This document shows, one piece after another, positions 34,669 to 42,387 of a stretch of 46,523 bases of DNA; position 1 is the first letter of the stretch, and each line of letters begins with the position of its first letter. Both the position numbers and the translations under genes were made by a program. Source of the stretch: a virus; the IMG/VR virus record IMGVR_UViG_3300048913_000213. One strand, written 5' to 3'. The notes under the pieces were generated by a model. The model was not told where the DNA came from and made no database searches. It saw nothing but the letters and a program-made list of their open reading frames with translations.

Positions 34669-35717
34669 GGCTTTGCCCCTTGGAGAAGTTCCCGGAACGA
34701 TTGCTGCATTGCGGCTTCGTCCTGCGGGTTGGAAAACGGATTGGAGGTTTCGTCTGGCAGAGGGACTGCCCGGACATGGCCCCAGGACTTTTCGTACTCG
34801 GCCACCGAAACTTCTTTACGGGCCAGTGGGTCCCAGACGCGCCGCTCGAAGTACACCGGTAGCCACGATTCCGGCTCCGCGCTTTTGCACACGCGAGTAA
34901 AGCTGCAGCCGCCGTATTCTGTACAGCCGCCGTCGAGGGCGTAGTCCCAGTACCCTTCTTCCCAGCACCGGATCATGGCTTGAACGTCCCGGACGGTTTG
35001 ACGATGCCACAGGTCGATTTCGTAGTCCGAGCGGTACGTCGGAACTTCCAGGGTGTCGTACTTGGTCTTGAGGATACTGACGCCCCGGACAATTGCACCT
35101 ACGGCACGGATGCCCTGCTCACGGGCAGCCCACATGTACCCGGTGAACTGGCCACGCATTTCCCACTGACGCGACCACGAACCGCCGAGCGCGGAAGTAG
35201 TCTTCTCGTCGTAGACGTATACGCCGCCAGCGCGTTCGGCGATCATGTCGCTGCGGCCAGTGTACAAAATTGGATCACCAGTGACAGGATGCAATACCGG
35301 CAACGGCTCTGCGAAAGAGAACTCAATTCCCCTTCGGCCCGACGCGAGAGTGATAGGCTCAGCTCCATCAGCTCCGAGTGGGTAGGCATCGAGGTAGAAT
35401 TCCAGTGCCCCGCACATGCGTTCGAGGGACTTTGCGCTGTCGGCCGGGCAGTCAAAATCGCCATAATGCTTGATGAGGGCGGTAAGGCCAGCTGCCTCGG
35501 CTTCGGCTGCTGGACGACCTTCGACATAGAATACGTTGCGAGCGGCTTCGATACCGCTGGCGAATGCGCCCCCTGCCACGAGGTGAACAGATTGGGCGAG
35601 GGGTTTCCAGTGTTCGACATATTGGAGCATAGCCTTCTGACGACAGGACCGGAAAGTCGACAGGATGGTGCTGTCGACTGTGTGGGGGAACATCGGCCTT
35701 TCGAGCCGGGCAGTCAT
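34665..35717 (-). CDS. PD-(D/E)XK nuclease, Cas4/AddB-like, with a Cys cluster
   Basis: 350 aa. Core motif GGVYVYDEKT (D..EhK), an N-terminal Cys (FRSCRQK), and a C-terminal CTEYGGCSFTRVC suggestive of a 4Fe-4S cluster. Confidence 0.7.
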   Translation of the reverse strand: MTARLERPMFPHTVDSTILSTFRSCRQKAMLQYVEHWKPLAQSVHLVAGGAFASGIEAARNVFYVEGRPAAEAEAAGLTALIKHYGDFDCPADSAKSLERMCGALEFYLDAYPLGADGAEPITLASGRRGIEFSFAEPLPVLHPVTGDPILYTGRSDMIAERAGGVYVYDEKTTSALGGSWSRQWEMRGQFTGYMWAAREQGIRAVGAIVRGVSILKTKYDTLEVPTYRSDYEIDLWHRQTVRDVQAMIRCWEEGYWDYALDGGCTEYGGCSFTRVCKSAEPESWLPVYFERRVWDPLARKEVSVAEYEKSWGHVRAVPLPDETSNPFSNPQDEAAMQQSFRELLQGAKP

Positions 35718-35983
35718 TCGATGGCCTCGATTTTCTGAGCTTCCATCAGGGCGTACTCTGCCACAGCATTGCCCATGGCATTCGTAACCTGTGCCGCATT
35801 CGCACTTGCCGTGGACTGGACTTCGTCCGAGATTACCTTGAACACACGGGACAGCGCTGCATTGCTCAGACGGATTTCCTGTTTTCCGCTGCTGCCTTTC
35901 AAAGTTACCATGCCGACCAGCATGTTTGGATAGTCGCTGTCATACGACGGGCGACGCTGAACGTCCAGGGATTCTACTTGCAT
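35714..35983 (-). CDS. Hypothetical protein (89 aa)
   Basis: ORF with an AAGAGG RBS and an ATGA overlap with the nuclease gene. Confidence 0.5.
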   Translation of the reverse strand: MQVESLDVQRRPSYDSDYPNMLVGMVTLKGSSGKQEIRLSNAALSRVFKVISDEVQSTASANAAQVTNAMGNAVAEYALMEAQKIEAIE

Positions 35984-36024
35984 TTTGAGCCTCTTATAGC
36001 TAATGGTTATGGGAGGTGCTGCCG

Positions 36025-36240
36025 TTACATCAGCCCGTCAAGCAGCGCATCGCTGTCAATCGGAGCTGCTTTGGCTTTCGCCGTTGCTGCTTTGGTTTTC
36101 GCGGTCGCACTCACAGTCGAAGCGTTCACGCGCTCCTTGCGGATCGCGGCGATGGCCTCTCGCATTTCTTCTTGAGTGATAGTGCCATCGCGCGCTTTCT
36201 GGCGCCAGAGTTGCAGGTTGTTGTTGATCACGTCGGACAT
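36025..36240 (-). CDS. Small helical protein ending in the shared IDSDALLDGL motif
   Basis: 71 aa with a GGAGG RBS. The C-terminus AKAKAAPIDSDALLDGLM matches the C-terminal regions of 40792..41409 and 44800..45465. Confidence 0.55.
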   Translation of the reverse strand: MSDVINNNLQLWRQKARDGTITQEEMREAIAAIRKERVNASTVSATAKTKAATAKAKAAPIDSDALLDGLM

Positions 36241-36260
36241 GGAGGGAACCTCCGAAAGGG

Positions 36261-36545
36261 TTAAGAGGGATCGACAGAAAAGACGTCGACATTAGTTGCC
36301 GCAGTATTGAAGAAGCGCTCCTTCGCGTTGGGAAAGCAAACTTCGTAATCGGCGACTGGTTCTTCAAGCTTGTAGAGAGAACCGGAGTGGGTGCGAACGA
36401 CTTTTGCAACGGGGTCGACGGCCGTGATTCGACTGGTAGTGACAAAAGTTCCGTCAGCGAACTTGGGATTCCCGTAAACTTCCCCGGAAACGCGGCCTGG
36501 AGTGTCTATGCCAAAACTCCAGTTTCTCAATTGCATGATTGTCAT
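36261..36545 (-). CDS. Hypothetical protein (94 aa)
   Basis: ORF. The start is uncertain; an alternative ATG lies at 36536. Confidence 0.5.
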   Translation of the reverse strand: MTIMQLRNWSFGIDTPGRVSGEVYGNPKFADGTFVTTSRITAVDPVAKVVRTHSGSLYKLEEPVADYEVCFPNAKERFFNTAATNVDVFSVDPS

Positions 36546-36589
36546 GATGGGCTTTCTGCCCCCGGAGGGGCGGTGGAGTAGACGAAGGC

Positions 36590-36940
36590 TTAATCGCTCA
36601 CGATCTGGCCGTCAACCAGCTTCGGCGCCGATTTCGGGCCTTTCAGGAATTCCAGCGCTTCTTTACGCGCCGTGTCGCCGCTGCGATCGACAACCTGCAT
36701 CAGCCATTTGTACTCGAACTTCGCGTGAGGGTCGACGCGCTCAGGACCGTTCACGCTCACAACGCGAACCACGGCCAGGCCTTTCGGGGATTCGACCACG
36801 ACTTCGTCGAGGGGCTTCAGGTCCATGCCTTCCGGGACTTTGTAGGTGTAGTCCCGGTCAGGCGTGGCGAGGAAGGCGCATTGCGCCGTGCGGGTGAAGG
36901 TGAGGACTTCGGCGGCTTGTTGCGCGGAGGTGATGGGCAT
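36590..36940 (-). CDS. Hypothetical protein (116 aa)
   Basis: The strong leader AAAGGAGCTTTCC-ATG is nearly identical to the scaffold gene leader. A PIR copy lies 40 nt upstream. Confidence 0.55.
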   Translation of the reverse strand: MPITSAQQAAEVLTFTRTAQCAFLATPDRDYTYKVPEGMDLKPLDEVVVESPKGLAVVRVVSVNGPERVDPHAKFEYKWLMQVVDRSGDTARKEALEFLKGPKSAPKLVDGQIVSD

Positions 36941-36980
36941 GGAAAGCTCCTTTGAAGGGTTGAGGTTGGTTGGTTAATGG

Positions 36981-37006
36981 GCCACATTACCGGCTAGTAA
37001 TGTGTC
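36981..37006. repeat. PIR copy 12
   Basis: GCCACATTAC-cggcta-GTAATGTGTC with left flank GGTTAATGG. Confidence 0.85.
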
Positions 37007-37050
37007 CATGTAATGACTATGCCATCTAGCCTAGCAGATGTCACGTACCG

Positions 37051-38439
37051 TTAGGCCAGTAACAACCGAGCAGTCGGACGGCTCGTCGCCACGTAGAGGC
37101 ACTGGAAGGCTTCCTTGCGATTGCGATTGAGCAGGATGTCTTGGTAGTCCACGAACACGGTTTCGTAGGTACTGCCCTGCGCACGGTGAGCGGTGATGGC
37201 GTACCCGTACTTGATTTCATGGAAGCAGTCTTTCAATTCCCAGAACTTCTTCCACATCTTCCCGTTGCTCTTCGCGGCAAAAGCCAACTGCTGGCAGTCG
37301 TCTTCCCACTTCGCCTCGCTCAACGGGTGAGGGACGATCAGGCGGATGGTCTTGCCGAGTTCGGTCCGGCATTTCAGCTCGTACGCGGTGTACTCGGGGT
37401 GGAAGGGGTGCGTAGTTGTGATGACATCTTCCACAATGGCTTCATCATCCGTGGCGAGGAGTTGATCCTCGCCACGCTTGCACGGCGCGGTAGCAATCAC
37501 CCGGTCGCCGACAATGTACCGCTCGACCGCGCTACGCCCCCCAAAGATCGCCCGGCGTATGAGGTCGTTGTATTCGGCCACTCGCACATTGCGCCATGCG
37601 ATGACCTTGGCCTTGGAGCTGTCGGCAAACTCGCCATTGGCGGCGGCGTTATAGACAGCTTCCTTGAACGCGGCCTTCGTGAGTTTCCACACGCCTTCAC
37701 CGCCCGCATTGTCAGACTTGATGTTGATGCAGGGAGCGAAGCTCTCGATCTGATCCCGGACGGACGTTACGAGCTTCAGGATCTGATTGTCGTAGCGCAT
37801 GATCTTGGTCAGAGTGGCTTTGCTCTCGACGGACCACACCGGAGAGACTGCTTCCCCGACAGGCGGCAGCTGGCCGATGTCGCCCATGAAGATGATCTTC
37901 AGGCGGTTGAGCTTTGCCTCTTCGAGCAGCAAGGCGAAGAGCTTCTTGTTGACCATCGAGGCTTCGTCCAGGACGATAACATCGATATCGCTGAGATCAT
38001 CTGGGGCTTCACCGCCGACGAGTTCCTTGAGTTCGCCGTTCTTCTCAATGCGCAGGCCGAGCAGGGAATAGATAGTACAGGCCTTGCCGGTGATGGCTCG
38101 CAAGACCTTCGCGGCTTTGTTCGTTGGGGCGGTGAAGGCGAAATTCAGCCGCGACCGAGAGGTACGAGCGACGACTTCCCGCATGAGAAAGGTCTTGCCG
38201 GTGCCGGCATAACCGGACAAGACGAAGAAGGGAGAGGAGGGGTCAGGATCAACGATGAACTGCAGCAGAGCATCGAGGGCAACGGCTTGCTCAGGGTTAA
38301 GCTGGGGGGCGCTGGCCGAGGAGGCCGCCGACGAAGTGCCAACCGGGGTAATTCTCACTTCGGAAGCGGGAGCGGTCGGAGAAGTGGAGTTCAAGCCACT
38401 CTGGAGTGCCGTAGGTCTTGCCGTTGATAACTGTTCCAT
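37051..38439 (-). CDS. SF1 helicase, RecD/Dda-like
   Basis: 462 aa. Walker A LSGYAGTGKT, Walker B VIVLDEASMV, and a C-terminal AITAHRAQGSTYETVFV (UvrD_C_2-like). Confidence 0.85.
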   Translation of the reverse strand: MEQLSTARPTALQSGLNSTSPTAPASEVRITPVGTSSAASSASAPQLNPEQAVALDALLQFIVDPDPSSPFFVLSGYAGTGKTFLMREVVARTSRSRLNFAFTAPTNKAAKVLRAITGKACTIYSLLGLRIEKNGELKELVGGEAPDDLSDIDVIVLDEASMVNKKLFALLLEEAKLNRLKIIFMGDIGQLPPVGEAVSPVWSVESKATLTKIMRYDNQILKLVTSVRDQIESFAPCINIKSDNAGGEGVWKLTKAAFKEAVYNAAANGEFADSSKAKVIAWRNVRVAEYNDLIRRAIFGGRSAVERYIVGDRVIATAPCKRGEDQLLATDDEAIVEDVITTTHPFHPEYTAYELKCRTELGKTIRLIVPHPLSEAKWEDDCQQLAFAAKSNGKMWKKFWELKDCFHEIKYGYAITAHRAQGSTYETVFVDYQDILLNRNRKEAFQCLYVATSRPTARLLLA

Positions 38440-38791
38440 TGCTAATTTCCTTTTTAGGTTGACTGTCTGTCAGGGCTGCGCCCTGGATCAAGAAAGCTTG
38501 CGCTTTCAATTCTTTTTGTTGCGAAGAGCTGATAGCGCTCTCCTTTACTTCAATCCGGCTTTTCAGCCGCTCCACCAGCAAGTCCAAATACCACTTGGCC
38601 TTGCCGGCATCCTGCACCGGGTCGTCCTTCTTCCCTAGGAGCCAGTTGTACCTGATCACCTGCCCCCGGAGGAAAGCGATGAAGCCTTCCGGGCCGAGGG
38701 CAGATTCGATAGCGTCGATGCATTCGACACTGCCACTGGTGTAGTGGCTGGGGTTGTGCACGGGGTCGTGGTCACGCAGAGATGAGGTCAT
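38297..38791 (-). CDS. DUF3310-family protein with an unusually long C-terminal extension
   Basis: NPSHYTSGSVECIDAIESAL...RYNWLLGKK...DAGKAKWYL is the DUF3310 signature. The ORF runs 143 nt into the helicase gene in another frame. Confidence 0.55.
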   Translation of the reverse strand: MTSSLRDHDPVHNPSHYTSGSVECIDAIESALGPEGFIAFLRGQVIRYNWLLGKKDDPVQDAGKAKWYLDLLVERLKSRIEVKESAISSSQQKELKAQAFLIQGAALTDSQPKKEISNGTVINGKTYGTPEWLELHFSDRSRFRSENYPGWHFVGGLLGQRPPA

Positions 38792-39005
38792 GCAAGCCTC
38801 CGGTCAGAATTGCTGCTTTCTGTGCAGCTGCATCCACCCGCAGATAGTGTTCCGTCAGCAACCTATCCACCAACTCCGCTTGCGCCCCCAGTGGGACCCG
38901 GCCTTCCAGTTCACTGTAGAGCTCCAGCTCCATGCGGGCCACATTCTCCACGCTCAGCGAGAAGTGCTTCTTAACCTTTGGGTTGTTGCTTTTTGGCCTT
39001 GCCAT
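38772..39005 (-). CDS. Hypothetical protein, possibly a ribbon-helix-helix DNA binder
   Basis: 77 aa. The N-terminal KVKKHFSLSVENVARMELELY has an RHH-like strand-helix pattern. This is a weak call. Confidence 0.35.
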   Translation of the reverse strand: MARPKSNNPKVKKHFSLSVENVARMELELYSELEGRVPLGAQAELVDRLLTEHYLRVDAAAQKAAILTGGLHDLISA

Positions 39006-39252
39006 TTTCGATTTCCTTTCTCAGGTGGTCCATTGCCGAATCGATTTTCAGCAACAATTCATTAGTGTGCCACGTTTCGACGAAGGGTGCAACGTGGTGC
39101 GAAACAGTAGTCCGCATCGCAGTGAGCTGCATCAAGGCGAAATTGCGACGCTGGGCGCGCTCACGGGCTTCCGTCTGGGTGTATGTAGCCTTGCCGCTGG
39201 GCGGAGCTTTGTCCAGACATTCCCGAAGGGATTTGTCGCTGTGCGCGGTCAT
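38971..39252 (-). CDS. Hypothetical protein (93 aa)
   Basis: ORF in the early operon with overlapping neighbours. Confidence 0.45.
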   Translation of the reverse strand: MTAHSDKSLRECLDKAPPSGKATYTQTEARERAQRRNFALMQLTAMRTTVSHHVAPFVETWHTNELLLKIDSAMDHLRKEIENGKAKKQQPKG

Positions 39253-39425
39253 GCTTGCACCTCCAGCTCAGGCTTCAGCCGAGCGATGCGCTTCGTCATG
39301 GCATCAGCCACGGCGCGCCAGTACTCGGCTTTGTTCTGGGCGTCCAGCAGAAAGAGCTGGGCTTCTTCATAGTCCGCGAGGCGTTGCTCGGCTGCGGTGC
39401 GTTTAGCGAAAAGTTGACGGATCAT
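39249..39425 (-). CDS. Hypothetical protein (58 aa)
   Basis: Start set at ATG 39425 in an ATGA overlap with the upstream stop. Helical. Confidence 0.4.
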   Translation of the reverse strand: MIRQLFAKRTAAEQRLADYEEAQLFLLDAQNKAEYWRAVADAMTKRIARLKPELEVQA

Positions 39426-39787
39426 GGCAATGGTTCCTCCAGAGCGGCTTGCGCCTTTGCAGTTTCGATGGCCCGCAGCCACAGGGCGTTGACTTCTCCC
39501 CAGCTGTGCGAGTCGTTATAGACGGTCACATATTCCTTGCGACCGAGGAGCTGATGCAGGGTTTGTTCCAGGTGCGTGTAGCTGTCCCGGAACTGTGGAG
39601 AGTTGCCATGGCTGAATACGCCGGTGGCTGCACGCAACGCGCCGCTGCTGTCATAGGCGACGGCCTTGGACCAGTCCCCCATGATCGGATAGCCGCCAGC
39701 ACGGCGAGCCCAGGCGCCTTGCGTCCATTTAGCTGGGGAGTCGATCAGGCTGTGGGCAGCAGTGAGGACTTCGTGGATGGTGTTCAT
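39422..39787 (-). CDS. Hypothetical protein (121 aa)
   Basis: ORF. The ...KWTQGAWAR... pattern occurs in many small phage proteins. No function assigned. Confidence 0.5.
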   Translation of the reverse strand: MNTIHEVLTAAHSLIDSPAKWTQGAWARRAGGYPIMGDWSKAVAYDSSGALRAATGVFSHGNSPQFRDSYTHLEQTLHQLLGRKEYVTVYNDSHSWGEVNALWLRAIETAKAQAALEEPLP

Positions 39788-39792
39788 AGCAG

Positions 39793-40071
39793 TTAACCTT
39801 TCACGCGAGTATAGGTAATGCAGGTGCTAACAGCCATCGGCACCAGTTGTGTGCTTTTGCCGTCGCCGGAAGGCATAGCCACCAAAGTAGTGTCTGTACG
39901 ATAGTTAGAGCAAGTCCACTGATCGAGTCGAAGCTCGAAAGTGGTTGCTGTAAAATGGTCATAGATCATGCAGGGAATGCCAACAAAAATAAACAGCAAG
40001 ACCGCTACACAACTAAGACCGACTCCTATGTACATTGTCTTTTCCAGCAAAAAGTCGAACCAGTTGTCCAT
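39793..40071 (-). CDS. Small membrane protein (92 aa)
   Basis: ATG at 40071 with GGAGG 7 nt upstream. TM segment MYIGVGLSCVAVLLFIFVGIPCMIY. AT-rich patch. Confidence 0.5.
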   Translation of the reverse strand: MDNWFDFLLEKTMYIGVGLSCVAVLLFIFVGIPCMIYDHFTATTFELRLDQWTCSNYRTDTTLVAMPSGDGKSTQLVPMAVSTCITYTRVKG

Positions 40072-40073
40072 GA

Positions 40074-40520
40074 TCAAGCCTCCACATCAAAGCCTAGGTG
40101 TTCGGCACAGTTTTCGCAAATTTCCGCAAACGAATCTTGGTACTTCGCTTCGCGGGGCAGGTTTCCGTCCACAGGGCGGATGTGAGGAATCCAGCGATCA
40201 ATTTGACTCTCGCGGTGTTGCTGGCGCTGGAACCATCCAGCGAATTGCGTGGAGAAGCCTTCGCAAGAGCGGCAGCATTGCCGGGTGAACATGGCGACGG
40301 CTGCGCGAGGAATCCATTCCCGACGAGCTTCCCAAGAACGGACGGTGGAAGCGATGGCGTCGCGTTCGGCTGCCGCCAGCCCGCCTTTTGCGAGAACTTG
40401 GCGCGCCGCTTTGACTTCATTTGCGGTGGAAGCTTCTTGGAGGGATTCTGCGAGAAGGTTGTCGAGGGAGATAGCAAAGCCGGAGTCGGCTTCAGGCTGT
40501 TGATGTGCTGCTGTGTCCAT
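40074..40520 (-). CDS. Cys-rich hypothetical protein (148 aa)
   Basis: I prefer the start at ATG 40520 (AAGAGG 8 nt upstream) to the ORF-track start at 40577, which has no RBS. CCRSCEGF...CENCAEH suggests a zinc-binding fold. Confidence 0.5.
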   Translation of the reverse strand: MDTAAHQQPEADSGFAISLDNLLAESLQEASTANEVKAARQVLAKGGLAAAERDAIASTVRSWEARREWIPRAAVAMFTRQCCRSCEGFSTQFAGWFQRQQHRESQIDRWIPHIRPVDGNLPREAKYQDSFAEICENCAEHLGFDVEA

Positions 40521-40656
40521 AGGTTGAGCCTCTTGGAGTGTTGTAGGAAACGGCCATTCCGTCATCCATGTAACCATTATACGCCCACATAATGGTTTTG
40601 TGTCGCAGTAATGAGGGCAATTCCGCTCAGAGGTGCGCTGTGAGCCTCATTTTGGA

Positions 40657-40682
40657 GCCACATTACTCGGCGGTAATGTGGC
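40657..40682. repeat. PIR copy 13
   Basis: GCCACATTAC-tcggcg-GTAATGTGGC, perfect, flanked by CATTTTGGA and CCTATAAC. Confidence 0.9.
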
Positions 40683-40698
40683 CCTATAACTCTCCGGG

Positions 40699-40735
40699 CA
40701 ACAAAAAGCCCCAAGGACTTCTAACCCTTGGGGCT
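40699..40735 (-). terminator. Rho-independent terminator
   Basis: On the minus strand: AGCCCCAAGG-gttagaagt-CCTTGGGGCT (10-bp stem) followed by TTTTTGTT. It lies 56 nt downstream of the stop at 40792. Confidence 0.8.
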
Positions 40736-40791
40736 TCCGGTAGCTGCAGAGGCTCAATTCTCAGCTACTGCGCGGTTCCCGCGCCCGGCCG

Positions 40792-41409
40792 TTAGGCCAC
40801 TTCGGTGGCTGCGCCATCTTGGTTTTCGACTTCCGCAGGTGCGCCGTCCAGACCTGCCAGCAGCGCGTCGGTATCGACTGCCGGGCCTTTCGCACGGGCG
40901 GCTTTTTCGGCTTCCAGACGGTCGATGATCGGTTTCAGCTTGGCGTTGCCACGCAGTGCGGTCTTCTCGGCATGGGACTTGCCGGCCAGGAACGACTTGA
41001 TTTCGTCTTTCGACTTGCCCGACAGTTCCATCAGCGCCTTCATCAGCACACTGGCGCCGGACAGGCCGCCAGCTTCGCGCTTAATGTTCCACTCGCCTTT
41101 TTCCAGGCGGTCCAGCAGTTCATCGATAGCGATGATCGCGTCTTCGACGTCCTTGACGCCGGCGATCTCGTCGCCCAGCTTTTGCTCGGCGCCGTGGGCA
41201 GCGAAGCGCAGGATCAGGGCTTGCGGAATGTTCAGGTAGCGGGTTTCACCGTTCACGAAGTCCAGACGGGTAACGACAGTGCCGGCTGCGGCGTCGATGG
41301 TCGAGTGCTTCAGCAGTTTGGCTTTGCCGGTGAATTCCACGATGCGGCCGTCGTCCATGGTGACGGTGTTGATTACGGGGCCAGCTTTGGTGGTGGTTGC
41401 TTCGGTCAT
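40792..41409 (-). CDS. Early protein, paralog B of 44800..45465, carrying the shared VDTDALL.GL motif
   Basis: Start set at ATG 41409 (MTEATTTK, GGAG upstream). FAAHGAEQKLGD, GGLSGASVLMKAL...SKDEIKSFL...EKTALRGN and AVDTDALLAGL all align with paralog A. Confidence 0.6.
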   Translation of the reverse strand: MTEATTTKAGPVINTVTMDDGRIVEFTGKAKLLKHSTIDAAAGTVVTRLDFVNGETRYLNIPQALILRFAAHGAEQKLGDEIAGVKDVEDAIIAIDELLDRLEKGEWNIKREAGGLSGASVLMKALMELSGKSKDEIKSFLAGKSHAEKTALRGNAKLKPIIDRLEAEKAARAKGPAVDTDALLAGLDGAPAEVENQDGAATEVA

Positions 41410-41482
41410 GGGAATAGCTCCATAGGTTAGAGGGGGTTTGGAAATCGGGCATCGGGGACTAGAATAGCCCGCCGATGTGATG

Positions 41483-41511
41483 AATATAGCGGATTGCAGA
41501 GGGCTTGGCAA
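41483..41511 (-). promoter_or_regulatory. Sigma70-type promoter
   Basis: Minus strand reads TTGCCA-17 nt-TATATT. It lies about 70 nt upstream of the ATG at 41409. Confidence 0.55.
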
Positions 41512-41537
41512 ATGGTTTTTGTGGAACTAGGCGGAAG

Positions 41538-41747
41538 TCATTTGCGATACAATTCAACTGCTATGGCAAAAGCTGTGATGGGCCATAGCAGGATCATGCC
41601 GATGATCAGGGCAAACATCACGGGTTCAGAGAAGTCGTGAGCTTCCGCGAGGTCTTTTATGGAATGGCCACTGCGGAATAGGCCGAAGGTTGTGGCAGCG
41701 GCGATAGCGATTCCGCCCCAAAAGTAGAATAGGGAAAAGAGAGACAT
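41538..41747 (-). CDS. Small membrane protein (69 aa)
   Basis: Two hydrophobic segments: FYFWGGIAIAAATTFGLF and VMFALIIGMILLWPITAFAIAV. Confidence 0.5.
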   Translation of the reverse strand: MSLFSLFYFWGGIAIAAATTFGLFRSGHSIKDLAEAHDFSEPVMFALIIGMILLWPITAFAIAVELYRK

Positions 41748-41764
41748 GGCAAGGCCCCTTGAAG

Positions 41765-42142
41765 TTAGTAATGCAACGGCAGTTGATGGAATTGCTGATT
41801 CCCGATCAGCTCAACGCTCAGCGAGAACTGCCCCTCACTCAGCAACAGTGGGAGCTTCCATTCCGGGAAGCCTTCCGGTACGGTGTATGCCGACAGGGCA
41901 CGTTCCAGTGCTGGCAGGTCAATGGCGTTTGCTTCGGGCACTGTGCCGAGGTTATAGAGCCAGGACTGGATCGTGTTAGCGATCACGTTGTTGGCAGTAA
42001 AGGCGTGGAGGATGACGTGCAGGGGCTGCGGCGAGGGGTCAGCAGCCGAGGCAGCTACGGCTGCAGCAGCGGTTTGAGCGGTGTGGAGGAGCTTTTGCGG
42101 GGTGCGGGTCATGGCGTTAGCCCTTTCATTTGAAGTTGTCAA
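41765..42142 (-). CDS. Hypothetical protein (125 aa)
   Basis: ORF in the early operon with a 4-nt overlap to its neighbour. Confidence 0.45.
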   Translation of the reverse strand: MTTSNERANAMTRTPQKLLHTAQTAAAAVAASAADPSPQPLHVILHAFTANNVIANTIQSWLYNLGTVPEANAIDLPALERALSAYTVPEGFPEWKLPLLLSEGQFSLSVELIGNQQFHQLPLHY

Positions 42143-42387
42143 TCGTTTTCGTCGTCGGAAGTGTCACCATCACGGGAGCGACGCACCCGCAACAAGCCTT
42201 TAGTTACTAGCAGCCGCCGGTGCTTGAGAGTCGCTACGGCTTCTTCCGGGGTTTGCTCCGGGGAGAAGTTTGCGAGCGCGAAAGCTAGCTCGAGGTCCGT
42301 GGCTGTGGCGCCGGCCCAAGTGGAAGCGGTGAGGAAGGCTGTGCGCCAAGTGTTAGGAGGGATTAACGTAGCCATGGTTTTGGGCAT
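42139..42387 (-). CDS. Hypothetical protein (82 aa)
   Basis: ORF. The start is uncertain, either 42387 or 42375. Confidence 0.45.
   Translation of the reverse strand: MPKTMATLIPPNTWRTAFLTASTWAGATATDLELAFALANFSPEQTPEEAVATLKHRRLLVTKGLLRVRRSRDGDTSDDEND

Noticed and set aside
40584-40617. A possible degenerate PIR copy, CCCACATAAT-(14 nt)-GTAATGAGGG.
   Set aside because: The spacer is 14 nt rather than 6 and both arms carry several mismatches. It may be a decayed copy, but it is too weak to count.
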